Shown: positions 12,342 to 25,035 of the stretch, in pieces
Layout of the letters: the number at the start of each line of letters is the position of its first letter
Position numbering within the stretch: the stretch's first letter is position 1
NCBI GenBank assembly: GCA_964187785.1
Contig: OZ076415.1
Coordinates: forward strand, 53,320,001-53,384,000
Reading direction: 5' to 3'
Source of the DNA: Amphiscolops sp. MND2022
Lineage: Eukaryota
DNA: 64,000 nt
Notes under the pieces: model-generated
Seen by the model: the letters and a program-made list of their open reading frames with translations, nothing else
Database searches by the model: none
Told to the model about the DNA's origin: nothing
Made by a program: the position numbers and the translations under genes

Positions 12342-15300
12342 CTATTTGTCCCCAGATCTCTTTTTCTTGACAGCCAATTTTTTCGGTGAACTCGGCCTTA
12401 CATCAGGCAGAAATGACACATCAGTAACAACTCGAGACATAGAGACAACAGGTCTGGCAAGATTAGGGGATTTGTTGGAGTTCCTGTCTGCTGGCCCTGA
12501 TGGTCCTGGTCCTGTCTGGATAGGAGTAGGAGTTGCAAATTTAGGAGGGGTCCGGACAACGTTTGAGCCAGATGATTTAGGACTAGTCTGCAGAGATACC
12601 CATAATTTCTCCTCGTCTCTAACTGTACAAGTATAACGGGAATCCAATTGGTTAACAAGCCTTCGCCTCCGAGGAGGTCACATCCCAGACTGACCAATGT
12701 TCATCTTCAAATAAAACATGTTCTCTCCCAAGCAAGGAAAAGACCGAAGACACAGTCATGGGGTTTGTTAATAATTAAGAAGCATTTGGAATCCCCACAA
12801 GAGATGACTGAACACAGCGCACTGAGGAGTTAAAATCGTGGACATCTGAAGCAAGTTCTGGGACACTCAGAATGAAATTCGGTGGAGAAACAATAACACC
12901 AGATGAACTAAGGCAACATAATTTGAATATAGTAAACAAATTCTCTCGGCAATGAAGTTCATAATAGTTGGCAAGAAAAGTAACCCAATCACCTTCGTAG
13001 CTGACTTCATGAGATCTGAACCTTTCAACGAAAGAACGGTATTCACTAAGAATCATGGGCTTGGTTACAGATGAAATCCACTTTTGCCGAATGAAGTAGT
13101 CACAGAGAATTTCTGACTCATGAGTGTAGTCGACTTCCTCGCCATATCGCAGTACAGCTTCGTCAAAGACAGAAAATCCTCTCACAAGCTTGGATTTGCA
13201 TAGCTCATGTTTCAATAAAAGTTCACAAAAGCTCTTGTGGAAGCACAGGACTTGTTCTGCGAAGTGTGTGGGAATCGGTAAATTGCTTTCTGTTACCAAA
13301 CTAGCGAAATCTTTATTCTGCAAAATATCAGCCGTAGTCTTTAAAGGAAGATCAGGAGATGAAAGGTTGATAGACAGAAAACGGTCTCAATCGGAAACGT
13401 CACCGAGGAAAGAATCAGGGAGAATGGTCTCTAGTTGGCTATAGACGAACGTAGCAAAAGAACTATAGACACGGAAATTGCTAGGTGATGGGTGATGAAC
13501 CTCCGGTTACCCCTTTGGAGGCTGATTAATCTAAACATAAAGAATAATAAGCTTGGCACAAACACTGGAACAACCAACAAAAGGACTAACAAGGAAGGAG
13601 GACATTGCGAATCAGATATAATTTGGCAGAGTATGATTTGTCTTTATAGAATGTCTCGTCAAGACTCTTCGGCTGAAAAAAATATCAAGGAATAAGAGAA
13701 GAAAATAATAACCGACTAAACACAAGACCGAGATGAACCTCTTTAATGTGATACTTGAAAGCTTTGAGACGATCAGCCAATCGAAGGTGGGACATAACTT
13801 TATTCCAGTTTTTGCAAAGTTGTTCAAGGATAGCAACGGACTCTTCGTGCGTGTATTTAAGGCTGGAAATGGCCTAAAACAACAATGCTACAATGATATT
13901 ATGGCAAGAAGAAATCAGTATGCGGTTTTCAGAAGAAAACAGCATAAGAAGAAATCAGTAGGCGGTTTTCAGGAGAAAACAGCATGAGAAGAAATCAGTA
14001 TGCGGTTTTCAGAAGAAAACAGCAAAAGAAGAAATCAGTATGCGGTTTCCAGAAGAAAGCAGCATAAGAAGAAATCAATATGGGGTTTTCAGAAGAAAAC
14101 AGCATAAGAAGAAAACAGTATGCGGTTTTCAGAAGAAAACAGCATAAAAAGAAATCAGTATGCGGTTTTCAGGAGAAAACAGCATAAGAAGAAATCAGTA
14201 TGCGGTTTTCAGGAGAAAACAGCATAAGAAGGAATCAGTATGCGGTTTTCAGAAGAAAACAGCATAAGAAGAAATCAGCATGAGGCTTTCACGAGAAAAC
14301 AGCATGGAAAAACAAACTATATCATCTATACCGTTTTCTGGAGAATGCATTACAGGACTCAGAAGAAGACAGCATAAGAGGAAATCAGTATGCAATTCTC
14401 AAATAAAAACAGCAGAAGAAGAAATAATTATGTGATTTTAGAAGAAAACGGCATAAAAGAAAAGGTTTTGAGGCCAACGAAAAGAAACAATATGCCGTAT
14501 ATTGAAAGAAACAGCATGACAAAGTACAGGTTATGCTGTTTGGCTGTATGATGAAAATAGACAAAGTACAACAAAATTCTGACACTCTTTATGCTACCTC
14601 ATGCGGATTTCATAAAACAGCATAGAAACATAATATCCTATATTATGTAGTACCCCCTGTAACGGTACGTCAGATAAATCGAGTCGATACCACTTATTAC
14701 ACAAACCTCGTATGGAAATTTAGAAATGGGACATTAAAAGAATAATGAGAATACTTACTCTACGTAGTTCAGGAAGATCATTGAGCCATACAGATCCGGA
14801 AGCAGTTCGCAATTTCATCAGCAGAAATTGTAACACGCTGTGGTAATCGTAACGATCCAATATTTTAACTGTGGGACCTGCAAGGGCCTTGTCCAAATCC
14901 TCAAAAGAGAAAGTAGGAACGATGCACACAGCTGGGGCCTGAACCAATTCTGTGACAAGAGATTTTGAAGTACGACTATCGAAGCCCGAAAGAGAATGAA
15001 GTGGGGGTATTGCAGGGAATACTGCGAGGAAAGAACAAACAACTTGGAGGATCCACTTGGGGGTGAAGAGAACGTTAGGGACCTCAGCTAGAGGAAGTTG
15101 GTTGAGTACGTTCCCGGACCAAAAAATCAGGAACACTTGCACGTTGTCAAAAGTTGAATTGACTTTGAGAGAAAATTGGCCCGATTGCCCAATAGATGTA
15201 GTGGAATAGGACTACAAAGTTCGAAACATGTGGACAAGGATACCCTGAAATGTAAGGGAAACATCTGAATTGAGGTACACCAAAATATTGAATATCAAAA

Positions 15301-16669
15301 GAATAATACATACGAAAATGCGCCTGTTTCTCCAATCATACTGTGGAACCTTAGTTGGCCCATGAACCTCCAAGCTAAGATTTGCCCAAAGTAAAGACAA
15401 AATATCCGCCTTTCCTCCGTTTTGAAGACCAATGAGCAGAATCCGGACTTGGGAACAAATTACTGCACAAGGTTCCAGATTGTCCGTGGTAACTGGAAGT
15501 TTTCTTTGCCCAGGCAATAGATAACACTCCCCGAGGACAGGTGTGATAGGGATAACAAGCTCAGCTCTTTCACGTGCCTTGTCTAGCTCTTGCCCAGTAA
15601 GCTCTACTTCATCGCGACCATTGAGCGGTAACCCAGGTATCTCCTTTCGGATACGGTGTCCCCGGATTAAGTGTGTACCTGTTCTGTAATGGGACAGTAT
15701 CTCGAGCGACCCTTTGGTCTTAAGAGACAGCTCAATCTGGCAGACTCTACAACGCCACTTGTGTGGGTTGTTTTCAGCATCAATAGGGGCAGTAACGAAA
15801 AACTTGAAAATCGGATGTTTTCTATACACACTTCCTGGTAATTGTAATCGCGGTCTGGGCCTTTTCGACGCAGAAGGATGCTCTCCTTGAGGATCCTGAA
15901 GTTGGCTGCCCTCTCTAATCTGAGTTCATCTTCGACCTCGACGGGCTTTGCGGGAAGTGAGTGAAGGAATTTCTTCAATAGTACTCACAGGAGAAGCAAC
16001 CAGTGACGAGTCAATATGTGTTCCGCTAGTCTCAGTTTGTAACACAGTTGTATTTGTTCCCATAGGAGAAATAGCGAATTGCTCCAATAATCTAGAACTG
16101 ATGGCGGTTGAGACTTCAGACACCAATACCTGCATACGTTGTTCCAGCGCTTGCAAGTCGGAACTAGTAGCAAAAGTAGGGGTAACTGACGGCTGTGAAG
16201 TGGTTGCCATCACAGGTTCTGTGGTAACATGGGCCGCACTCACTTCAGTATTAGGCAAATTAGTCCTGTTCAGGAAACTAGAAAAGGGCGAGTGGCATAT
16301 TTTCTCGGAAGAGGACCCAGTGACGTTGATATCTCCTGACGTATTGTTTGCATCAGAATTCCTGGCTTGAACAGGACTTGTCCTGAGCAGATTCTCAGGC
16401 ACGTTCTTGTTTGGGGAAGTGGGCGCGCTAGGTTGTGCGAGAAAACTAATCGCAGTCTCAGTCACGGGATTGGTATACTCCTCAGGGTCCATGCTTTTAT
16501 CTATGGAGTGCCTTATCCCGTCAGCATCAACAGACGAACCTGGCACTTCCTGGTAACTAAGCTGGTGATCGGGAGTCGAATGGTGAGGTGGATCACCGAA
16601 TGGGAGCAGTAACGCCAGGTTATCGGCGGCGATTGGAGTCCGAGCAAGTGAATCAGAACTATGGGCGAC
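12342..16669 (-). pseudogene. Antisense multi-exon gene inside the Gypsy element: low-complexity N-terminus, BED/C2H2-like zinc finger, helical C-terminal domain
   Basis: GT-AG introns 15313-15245 (69 nt), 14758-13874 (885 nt) and 13738-13673 (66 nt) each preserve frame. Intron 13590-13531 (60 nt) needs a 1-nt correction, and there is an upstream acceptor at 16669. Motif WRCRVC-x16-HYRTGTH. A few premature stops and frameshifts. Confidence 0.75.
13907..14305. repeat. Tandem array, 10 x 40 bp (AGAAGAAATCAGTATGCGGTTTTCAGAAGAAAACAGCATA)
   Basis: TGCGGTTTT or a close variant recurs at exactly 40-bp spacing from 13921 to 14281. Confidence 0.95.
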
Positions 16670-18110
16670 TGAAACACAAGAGAAATCAAGAAATTCAGAA
16701 GATAAGAAATAGTCAAAGACGACAGTCGACTGTTTAAAATAGTGGGAGCCTATTCAACTCTCAATTTAAACAAACAAAACTAGTTCAAAAAATTATTCAC
16801 GACTTGAAACAGGAAATCCGGAATTAAACCTGCGGATAGTTGGTGAAAACTGAAATTTGCTCAACAATCGGAACAGGATACTCAAAAGAGCCTATAATGA
16901 TTGTTTGAAACCAAATCTTTGAACCTACGCACCGTTTTAATTAAATTGGGCCAAAGAAATTCGGAAAATACAAACCTTGTGTTGGCAGCTCGTTAGTCTG
17001 TTCTCCAGTCTCGTTGCATTCCATGAAAGGAAAACGTCCACAACGAAAACTGATATGAAATCCAAAGTATAAAATTGGTGACAGAGAGTAATCAAAATGA
17101 AAATTGAGTTGATGAGATAGTAACTATGACGAGTAGAAGTAAATGGAGAATACTGGTGAGAAAAGTCTGGAAGAAAAAATCAAAATGGATATCTAAATGA
17201 AGATAATGGAAGAAAGAGACAATTAACAATAGGCTGTTTGGGAATTTCTATATGACTAATACTGTTTGACGGAGATAACTAATCAAAACTTTGAGACAAA
17301 GAAGCAATAGAGCGTAAGTATTACAGCAAGGAAGAAGGCGTGGCTATCAACACAAAGGCAACAAAGCAAATGAATGACGTCAGTTTCACAATGTACGCAA
17401 ACCAGCTTAAATCTGATTGGCCGAGAGAGTGCATGTGGCTCGGAAGTATCTGCCAGTGTGACCAAGTTAATAATGCATTCGCTGCTAACTTGACTATGCG
17501 GAAAAGAACGATGAACAGCATAGTGCAGTAATAGAGTTAATGGGTAGAATCATGATGCATTATGATGAATTCAGTGTGCGGCCTATGATGCAAATGACTA
17601 CTTGTTTTCATATCATCTGTAATATGCTGGAAATACGAATCATGTTATTACGTCAGAAGAAGTGAATAATGCTTGAAGGTGTGAAAACTTTCACTTTGAG
17701 AAACCTGAATGAACCTATGATATATTTAATTATGAGCAATTAAAATTATTCAGACGGAATAAGAAGACAATAACCGAAACATAAAAGAAATTGAAAAGAA
17801 AATTTCAGGATCTGATGATTGTTTATATGACATTAACAATTTTACCGGTGCTATTCTCCCATTTTTCACGATAAATTGTCTGAAAACCCGGGGAATGGGT
17901 GATTCGAGATATGTTTTGATGCTATTTGTAAGAAAACCCCCGTAACCCAATAAAAAAACTATAAAATCTTATCATTCTGATCATAAATCTCCAAAAATTA
18001 GTCGCTTGTTTTTCTCTCTCTTTTTGACAAATTCCTTGAGAATTTAATAATCATATTGTGTTAAATCTTCTTGAAACTTGACTGGAATCAAATAAGCCCA
18101 TAGTCAAACA

Positions 18111-19055
18111 ATGGAGAGTACACCACGAAACTCGATCCTTAACAGAACTGATTCAATAAACCCTGCATTGGATCTGATCAACATCTCAAATAGTTCGGGG
18201 GAAGAATTTATAGTGGAGCCCCTCTCAGTGAACGATCTCGATGAAAGATTTAGAACTGTCCCATACACTCTGACAGACATGTCTACAGCTTTTATGGGAG
18301 CAGCAGGAGCAGTATGATTCCCTAATAGTGTTGATTCACAAGCGGGATATGGTCAACAAATTGATACTAGGGACTCCCGTATCGAAAATGAACTAATGGA
18401 TCTCATGGATGACGTATCTAATATATCCTCCCTGACCTTTATCGGATCATCAGAAGAGGAAGATAATCCGTTCCTTGGCGCCAATTTCGCTAATGTGGAT
18501 CAGGCTGAAAGAAACAGCTATGGTCGACCAGTCCAAAGAGTACAACCTATGGTCAGAACCCCACGAGTAACAAGAGCAACAGTGAATCCCCCGCTCGTAC
18601 CAAGTAGCAGAAGCGCTTTCTCAGTGGTTATACCCGAACAATGAAGAGCACCAGAAATACAAACACACCGACCTATGCAAGCTAATTACTTGCCAATGCC
18701 CGTTCCATTTTACCCCAATAATTGGAACAAAATTACACATCCGCAACAAAAGTTTCACGGTCAAACTCAATTTCAACCTCAGGGGCCACCTAACGGGCCC
18801 ATATTGCAGATGAACCCTCCAGTAATGCCTGAAGTGGACGGGTTTTGTGCTGGCTGTTCCAAAACTTATGACCAAATTGCTGTCGAGACGCTCACCCACT
18901 ATGTTGCGTCCGAATATCCTGAAGAAACAATTCGCGATCGCAATGTGAGATCAAGAGCATTTGTTGATGGGTTTGGAGCAGCGCTGATCTGCTTCAAAAA
19001 TGCTGAACTGTCGCCGGCTTACCCGTGCGAGATGTCCGGAGTGCAACATCGATGA
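18111..19055 (+). pseudogene. Extra sense ORF (~314 codons, two premature TGA) upstream of gag; function unknown
   Basis: ORFs 18111-18317, 18396-18644 and 18675-19055 share one frame, separated only by single TGAs at 18315 and 18642. P/Q-rich, with a CAGC motif near the C-terminus. Confidence 0.7.
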
Positions 19056-20882
19056 AACAGTCAACGCTGCTTACCCATCATGATGGCTGTCCTCCCGAAT
19101 ATGGACAAGAACTTGATAAACATTTCAAACTTTAAACTTAAACATTGCTTGTTATTGTTCGTTTGATAAAATGTTGCTTTTAGTTGTACATTTCATCTAA
19201 AATGATGATTGTTGAATGTTGTTATTGTTGTTATTGTTTCACCCTTAGGGTGCGTTGATCAATTAAAAAAACGACTGGAAAGGTAACGCCAAAGTTATTA
19301 AAACAGTGCTAAATCTTTGTTTTGTCGTCTTAAATCATAAGAAGGAATTAATTTCAGCGGACCTATATATCTTTGCTACATTAAATCATTTGTAATTCAA
19401 TCATGAGGAAAACAATCAAAAACAGTATGATGATCCATTTAAAAAGCAGCATAACGATTTCGTACGCTTATTTGATACTGATTATGCGGCATTATGCAGT
19501 TTTCTTAAAACAGCATATGCGGTTTCATTAAAGAAACATCATAATGATTGTGTACGCAGTATAGTTTATACTTTGTATTGCATTACGCGGAAATTCAGTA
19601 GAAACAGCATGATGTCTTGAGTTAAAAACAGCATATGCGGAAATTCAGTAGAAACAGCATATGCGGAAATCTAGCAGAAACAGCATGATGACTTGTGTTA
19701 AAAACAGCATATGCGGAAATCTAACAGAAACAGTATGATGGTTCAGATGGGATACAGCATATGCGGAAACCCCGTGGAAACAGTATGACGTTTCAATGTA
19801 GGAACAGCATATGCGAAAATTTGACAGAAACAGTATGACGTTTTATCTTAAAAACAGTATAAAGATTCTTATTTCAGTTGATAAAATTATACTGAATAAT
19901 GAGGTTTTCATGAGACAGCATATACTGCATTATGATGTAAAACAGCATAATTGGCAGGATTTCCAGTGCTACGATGTTGTAAGTCACAGTGCTATATTTA
20001 GACCTTCCAGGAGTCTCACGCAATATTATATTTTTAAACTTTGACCCTAGAAACATGACTTTATGATGATTTGCATAAAATTGAAAGTCATGTAACTAAA
20101 AATAGTACCCAATAAGATCAGTTGAAAGAAGACCATCAAAAAACCACTCTTCTAACGATCATTCGAAAAATAGCGCACATTCAGAGCAGTCACTCATTTT
20201 CACAAACAACTCACTACCCACAAACTTCGCAGTTTCCTTTCTCTGTAAAATAACTTCCACAGTTTCATTTCGCCAAAATATCTTTGTAATTCAAAGATTT
20301 TCGCACCTAACATTGTTTTCATCATGGGAAACAAGAGAAATAGACGATCAAGGAGAGTAGAGTCCCAATCATCAGACAGAGACGAAAATACTTCAGAAAC
20401 AAGCTTCCCTCAAGGTAATGCGACTTTAGTTGGTGTTTCTAAAAATGTTAATAATGTTCTTGACAGGAACTTACTCAGCGAACTAACAGAACCTTCTCAG
20501 ATAAGCAATGAGATAGAAGTTATTTCACAAAGGCTAGCAGAACAAAATAACGACAAGATGTCACAGATTGAAGAGCAACTAAATAACAAATTCAAAGAGA
20601 TACTTAAGGAGATTAGAACAAACAAAACCCACATTGTAATAACTGATGAAGAGGATGCCGAGAACAATCAGTCCGGTCCTTCTAACTATAAAAATAAGGG
20701 TCTCAGGAACGAACACGCATCAAATTCAACATCAGATAAAAATAAGAATCAGGATGACCGGTTCTATCCGTCTGAAATGTGTGAGTTAAGACAACCGTAC
20801 ACTCCTCTTGGGATTGCTGAAGACACTTTAGACGAAACCATCATCATAAATGAAAACAGACAGGAAAGGGCCGATCATCACA
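19009..20882 (+). repeat. 3' LTR, minimum extent (true start lies further left)
   Basis: Direct repeat of 4169-6043. It ends CATCACA and is followed by unrelated flank (CCTTGC...). Confidence 0.9.
20324..20882 (+). pseudogene. LTR-borne copy of the gag N-terminal 186 codons
   Basis: MGNKRNRRSRRVESQ...ERADHH is near-identical to the start of the 5485 ORF, and identity ends at the LTR boundary. Confidence 0.9.
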
Positions 20883-22487
20883 CCTTGCTTGTTCTTGACG
20901 CACAAACTTTCGTCGTGCGCTCCCGCCTGTGGCCACTCGGAGGCGACAAGCACTCCACAAGCTTTTCGTGATATATTCAATTAGGAAACGCTCTTCGTCT
21001 TCATCCTGAATTGTCCCTCTTGGAAATTTTCTGTTGTGAAAGTACACGAAAAACATTGTTGTGCCACTGCGCGTCTTGTTTTCATTTAGTTTATTCATGC
21101 ACAAAAATCCAAAAATATTGTTCCCCTTGAGCTCTTGTAATTCCTTATGAGAAACAAGGTTATCTCTGTTGCGTTTTGTTTGAAAATTTAACGAAATTTT
21201 TACTCAGTGTCCGCACTTGACGAGGTAATGAACAAAACAAAATGTTTAAAAAAAACAACTATTGAAAGCCAGTTTTAAATTTTAAAATGGTGTCCGAAGT
21301 TTTGCTTTGTATTGGCCTGAATTTTAAAACAATGCTGTTGCCAAAATTATAGAGTGCAAAATTACATCGGTGCTCATAGAACGTCGTTTTGAAAGTACCC
21401 AAGTTGAATTCGCTGGAGAAAATTTCTAGCTGTTTTCTTGCACACAATTTTTTTCACTAAACATGAAAGTTTCTGGCAGCCTGCTTGGAAAACCACTGCA
21501 GTTTAGCGTTCACTGTTTCAATCAAAACTGAAAATACTTCAACCTTTTCACCTTATCAATCTTTAGTTTTTCAAGTATTCAACTTATGAAATTACCTTAG
21601 TCCAATTTCAGGCTAAACGTGACGTTCTTCAATTAAATGAGGCTTCAATGCAATGGTTCCATGGATGGAAACGAACCGAAAAGATTATGTTTTGTCTGAA
21701 GTCATATGATCTCAATGCAACCTTTACATAACAGTTATGATAACCTAGTCAAAATCGACACTAATTGCCATAAAGGATGATTTTTTCGTTTTTGTCGGTT
21801 CTTTTTCGAAAGCAAAGTACCAGTATGATCAAATTAGGTTCGTGAGCCTCGAATCGAAGTCTTGAAACTTTATATAAAACGACTGGGTAATTTGCTGTTC
21901 AGTGACCATCGAAGCTGTTTTGCAACTGTCTACTCGCTTAAACAAAGAATATGTCTTTAGGCCATTCTACTAAGATCACACTTCTTGAGAATTTTTTTCT
22001 TCTGGAGTTTGCGTTTTTTGGTTTATTCACAATTCAAGAAGTGAGGCTCGGTATCTATCCAGTCGTCTTTTTTGAGTCAGAATTAAATAGACAAAATTGA
22101 AGGGACTGAAGCAAGACTTTTGCCTATTGAACTTTTTCTTTCTGAACAAACAAAGTTTAACTTATGTAAACATTGGGGCCTTGTTGGATGCAAGCCGCTT
22201 CGTTTTCGATAGTTGTCTAGAAAGTTTAGTTTATTTGCATTTATACTTATATTTGAAATAAATTGTATGAATTATGTCAGGATTCCATGCATGGAATCAT
22301 GTTGTTCCATACGATTCCACACATGGAAACGAAAAGAAATTTATCGTATGAAACCATTCATGGAATCGCATGTGACGTTGGATCCGGGTTATAGTAAGAC
22401 GGAAAATGATTTTCATTGATTAGGCGGTAGAGATAATGAGGTCTCAGTGGCAAGTAAAAGGAGAATTGGTGTATATAAAATCTTGCC

Positions 22488-22660
22488 TACCCAAGTTGGG
22501 ATCCCAGGGCTGCCCATCCATGGGCCATCGATGGACCATCGCATTCCCATCGATGACCCATCGATGGTCCGCCGACCTTTTTGCCATGGCCCATCGATGG
22601 GCCATCGATGGGACTATTCTGAGCTCCCATCGATGGGCTATCGCAATTTTTGCCAGGGTA
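22488..22660 (+). mobile_element. Short non-autonomous DNA element (MITE-like) rich in CCATCGATGG palindromes
   Basis: Termini TACCC...GGGTA with repeated CATCGATG. A related inverted copy lies at ~23905-24046. Confidence 0.6.
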
Positions 22661-22929
22661 TAAAAAACACCTTTCTAAGGGACTTCTATGAAAAAACATT
22701 GGAAATAAATAAATTACATTACAGTATAAGCTCAAGAGAACGCTCAGAATGTAAGAAATGTATCAGGAATCGACTGACGGATTCCCAAATACAATCCATA
22801 ACAAACAGTAGCATCTCGAAATCTTAACTTGGAAAATTTGTAACAAAAAAATAACAAACCTTCGATGCAGATGACATCCTTAAAACGGAACACCCATATT
22901 TCTGAAAAAGTGAAGTACGATTGAAACAA

Positions 22930-23640
22930 AATGAAACCAAAAGATCTGAATTATGCAAAAATTTGACCTCCAAAATACAAAAATCTGATCAAAAATACGG
23001 TGTTTTTTTACAGCAAAGTTAAAAAAACTGGTAAAACTGCAAAAAAACGCATCAAAATACCACGGAATAGAGGAGCTTTAATTGCTGGGAAAACCATCTG
23101 CTTGTGAGAAAACAAAAGATCTGAAATATGCAAAAAATTTGACCTTCAAAATACGGAAATCTGATCAAAAATACGGTGTTTTTTCACAGCAAAGTTAAAA
23201 AAACCTGGCAAAACTGCAAAAACACGCATCAAAATACGACGGAATAGAGGAGCTTTAATTGCTGGGAAAACCGTCGGCTTGTAAGGAAATAAAAGATCTG
23301 AAATATGCAAAAATTTGACCTTCAAAATACAAAAATCTGATCAAAAATACGGTGTTTTTTCACAGCAAAGTTAAAAAAACTGGCAAAACTGCGAAAACAC
23401 GCATCAAAATACGACGGAATAGAGCTTTAATTTCTGGGGAAACCATCTGCTTGTAAGAAAATAAAAGATCTGAAATATGCAAAAATTTGACCTTCAAAAT
23501 ACAAAAATCTGATCAACAATACGGTGTTCTTTCACAGCAGAATTGAAAAAATCTGGTAAAATTGCAAAAATACGCATCAAAATACGACGGAATAGAGCTT
23601 TAATTGCTGGGATAACCATCTGCTTGATTGAAAAAACAGA
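22930..23640. repeat. Tandem array, ~4 x 177 bp
   Basis: AAAAGATCTGAAATATGCAAAAATTTGACC (or a close variant) recurs at ~22940, ~23115, ~23292 and ~23464. Confidence 0.92.
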
Positions 23641-23904
23641 TGTTAAGAGAACATAAATATCATCTAGAATTTACCAAAATTGGACCTAAAATTATCCTTT
23701 TTCTGACAGTAAATCAATACAGCTACCCCAAAAATACCCGAAAATCTTACCTATCAAGCGGCTTCAGGAAACGCGGTGCCGAAAAGCGTCCTTAATGCTA
23801 CCCGGGTCATTAAGGTAACCCAGACAAACAAAAAAAAATATTAAAGAGACACGATTATAGAAAATCAACCAAGCTGCCGCCGCAATTCGAATTTTTCAGA
23901 CATG

Positions 23905-24046
23905 TCAGTTTTTCTCCCCCATCGATGGACCATCAATGGCCCATCGATGGGCCGTCCATGGGAAAGCTTTTTTGGATCCAAACTTTACCCATGGATGGTC
24001 CATGGGTGGACCATGCATGGGAGTCCATGGGATCTCAGTACGGGTA
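23905..24046 (-). mobile_element. Inverted copy of the CCATCGATGG MITE-like family
   Basis: Ends ...GGGATCTCAGTACGGGTA, whose reverse complement resembles TACCCAAGTTGGGATCCC at 22488. Confidence 0.5.
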
Positions 24047-24564
24047 ACTTCATAGAGGCAAATTGCCGCCAATTTTAGGCAGGTTGATGAAATTGGATAA
24101 AAACAGTGGACGTTCAATGCATGAATATTGTGGCTGTCTGTTAAGTCAGTCTGTCCACTTTGCAGATCTTTCTTGAATAGAAACATCTCTAGAAGCCTCA
24201 TGCTAGACACTTTTAAGGAAACTCCTAGTCGCCGTGTTGTCTGAACTGATAAAATAGCCGATCAATTAAATCAACGGTTCATTAATCTTGAACAGAAGCG
24301 AAATCAGGCTAAATTAAAATGAAATTGAGGTAAAGTTCCATAGTTCCGAAAATGAGTATTTGGTCCCATAGCTCCAAAATACTTATTCCGGAGCTAGATA
24401 AGTATCTCCGAGCGCAAATATGGCATACTTACCACCCGCGTAACGGGAGAAACGTACAACGTGGTGGTGCCGACGGCGTCAGCTTCCACCCCGATTAGCT
24501 ATAAAATCTTTTTAGTAGGCGTTTTTTCCTTGAAAAGAAAAATGACCAAATTTTACTGTGATCT

Positions 24565-25035
24565 TTTTTTCTTCAGACCACAGACCTCACACTGATCGGT
24601 CCACTTTTACAGGAACTACTAAAACTACTCAGGCCAAGTCCGGCCAAGGCAAACTTAGTGCAAATGGTCCCCCTTTAATTTCTTAGTTTTTCAGCGTAAC
24701 CTACAAAACCGGACGAGACTAAAGGGTCCCACCTTTTGATTGTTTTCGGCACTGTGCGGTTTTCTTTCGAAAATTTTTCAATGTCTCAAAAGGATCCCCC
24801 TTCGAGTTTTCTGATATTTTGCAACAGAATGTATGTTAGTAAATCCCAAAAGGTCCCCCCATTTGCATTTTTTGGCACTATGCGACATTTTCCGAGAGGA
24901 AAAAATTCGAGTCTTATCGAGCATGAAAGGCGCCTTTTGGGTGTATCGAAACGTTTTCTGAGCTTTTCATACATACGTCCTGGGCATGTTTTAAAAACTT
25001 AGCGCTTTTTCAGCCTTAGATATAGCGCCGGGTTA
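24565..25035 (+). repeat. Dispersed interspersed repeat; related copies at 56268-56670 (-), ~57300-57600 and ~50040-50100
   Basis: Shared blocks CAGACCACAGACCTCAC, AAAGGGTCCCC and (G)AGCCTTAGAT.TAGCGCC between the copies. Confidence 0.7.

Larger units (their letters stand above)
4169..20882 (+). mobile_element. Giant Gypsy/Ty3 LTR retrotransposon (left end truncated by LINE insertion)
   Basis: gag followed by pol in PR-RT-RH-IN order. Direct repeat 4169-6043 / 19009-20882 ends in ...CATCACA and is followed by a PBS in the left copy only. Confidence 0.9.

Noticed and set aside
14654-14680. CCCCC-TGTAACGG as the 3' LTR start of the giant Gypsy
   Set aside because: It is preceded by pyrimidines rather than a PPT and lies in the antisense gene's intron. 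It cannot be excluded without the 5' LTR start.
13531-14758. Single 1.2-kb intron in the antisense gene
   Set aside because: Two further open exons with proper acceptors (13873-13739 and 13672-13591) lie inside it.
20844-21104. Possible CENP-B/MADF HTH remnant (EDEERFLIEYI)
   Set aside because: Too short, with no supporting transposase motifs nearby.
22447-22827. ORFs of 75-126 aa over the CCATCGATGG repeats (also 23905-24210)
   Set aside because: The open frames result from repeat composition and have no protein features.
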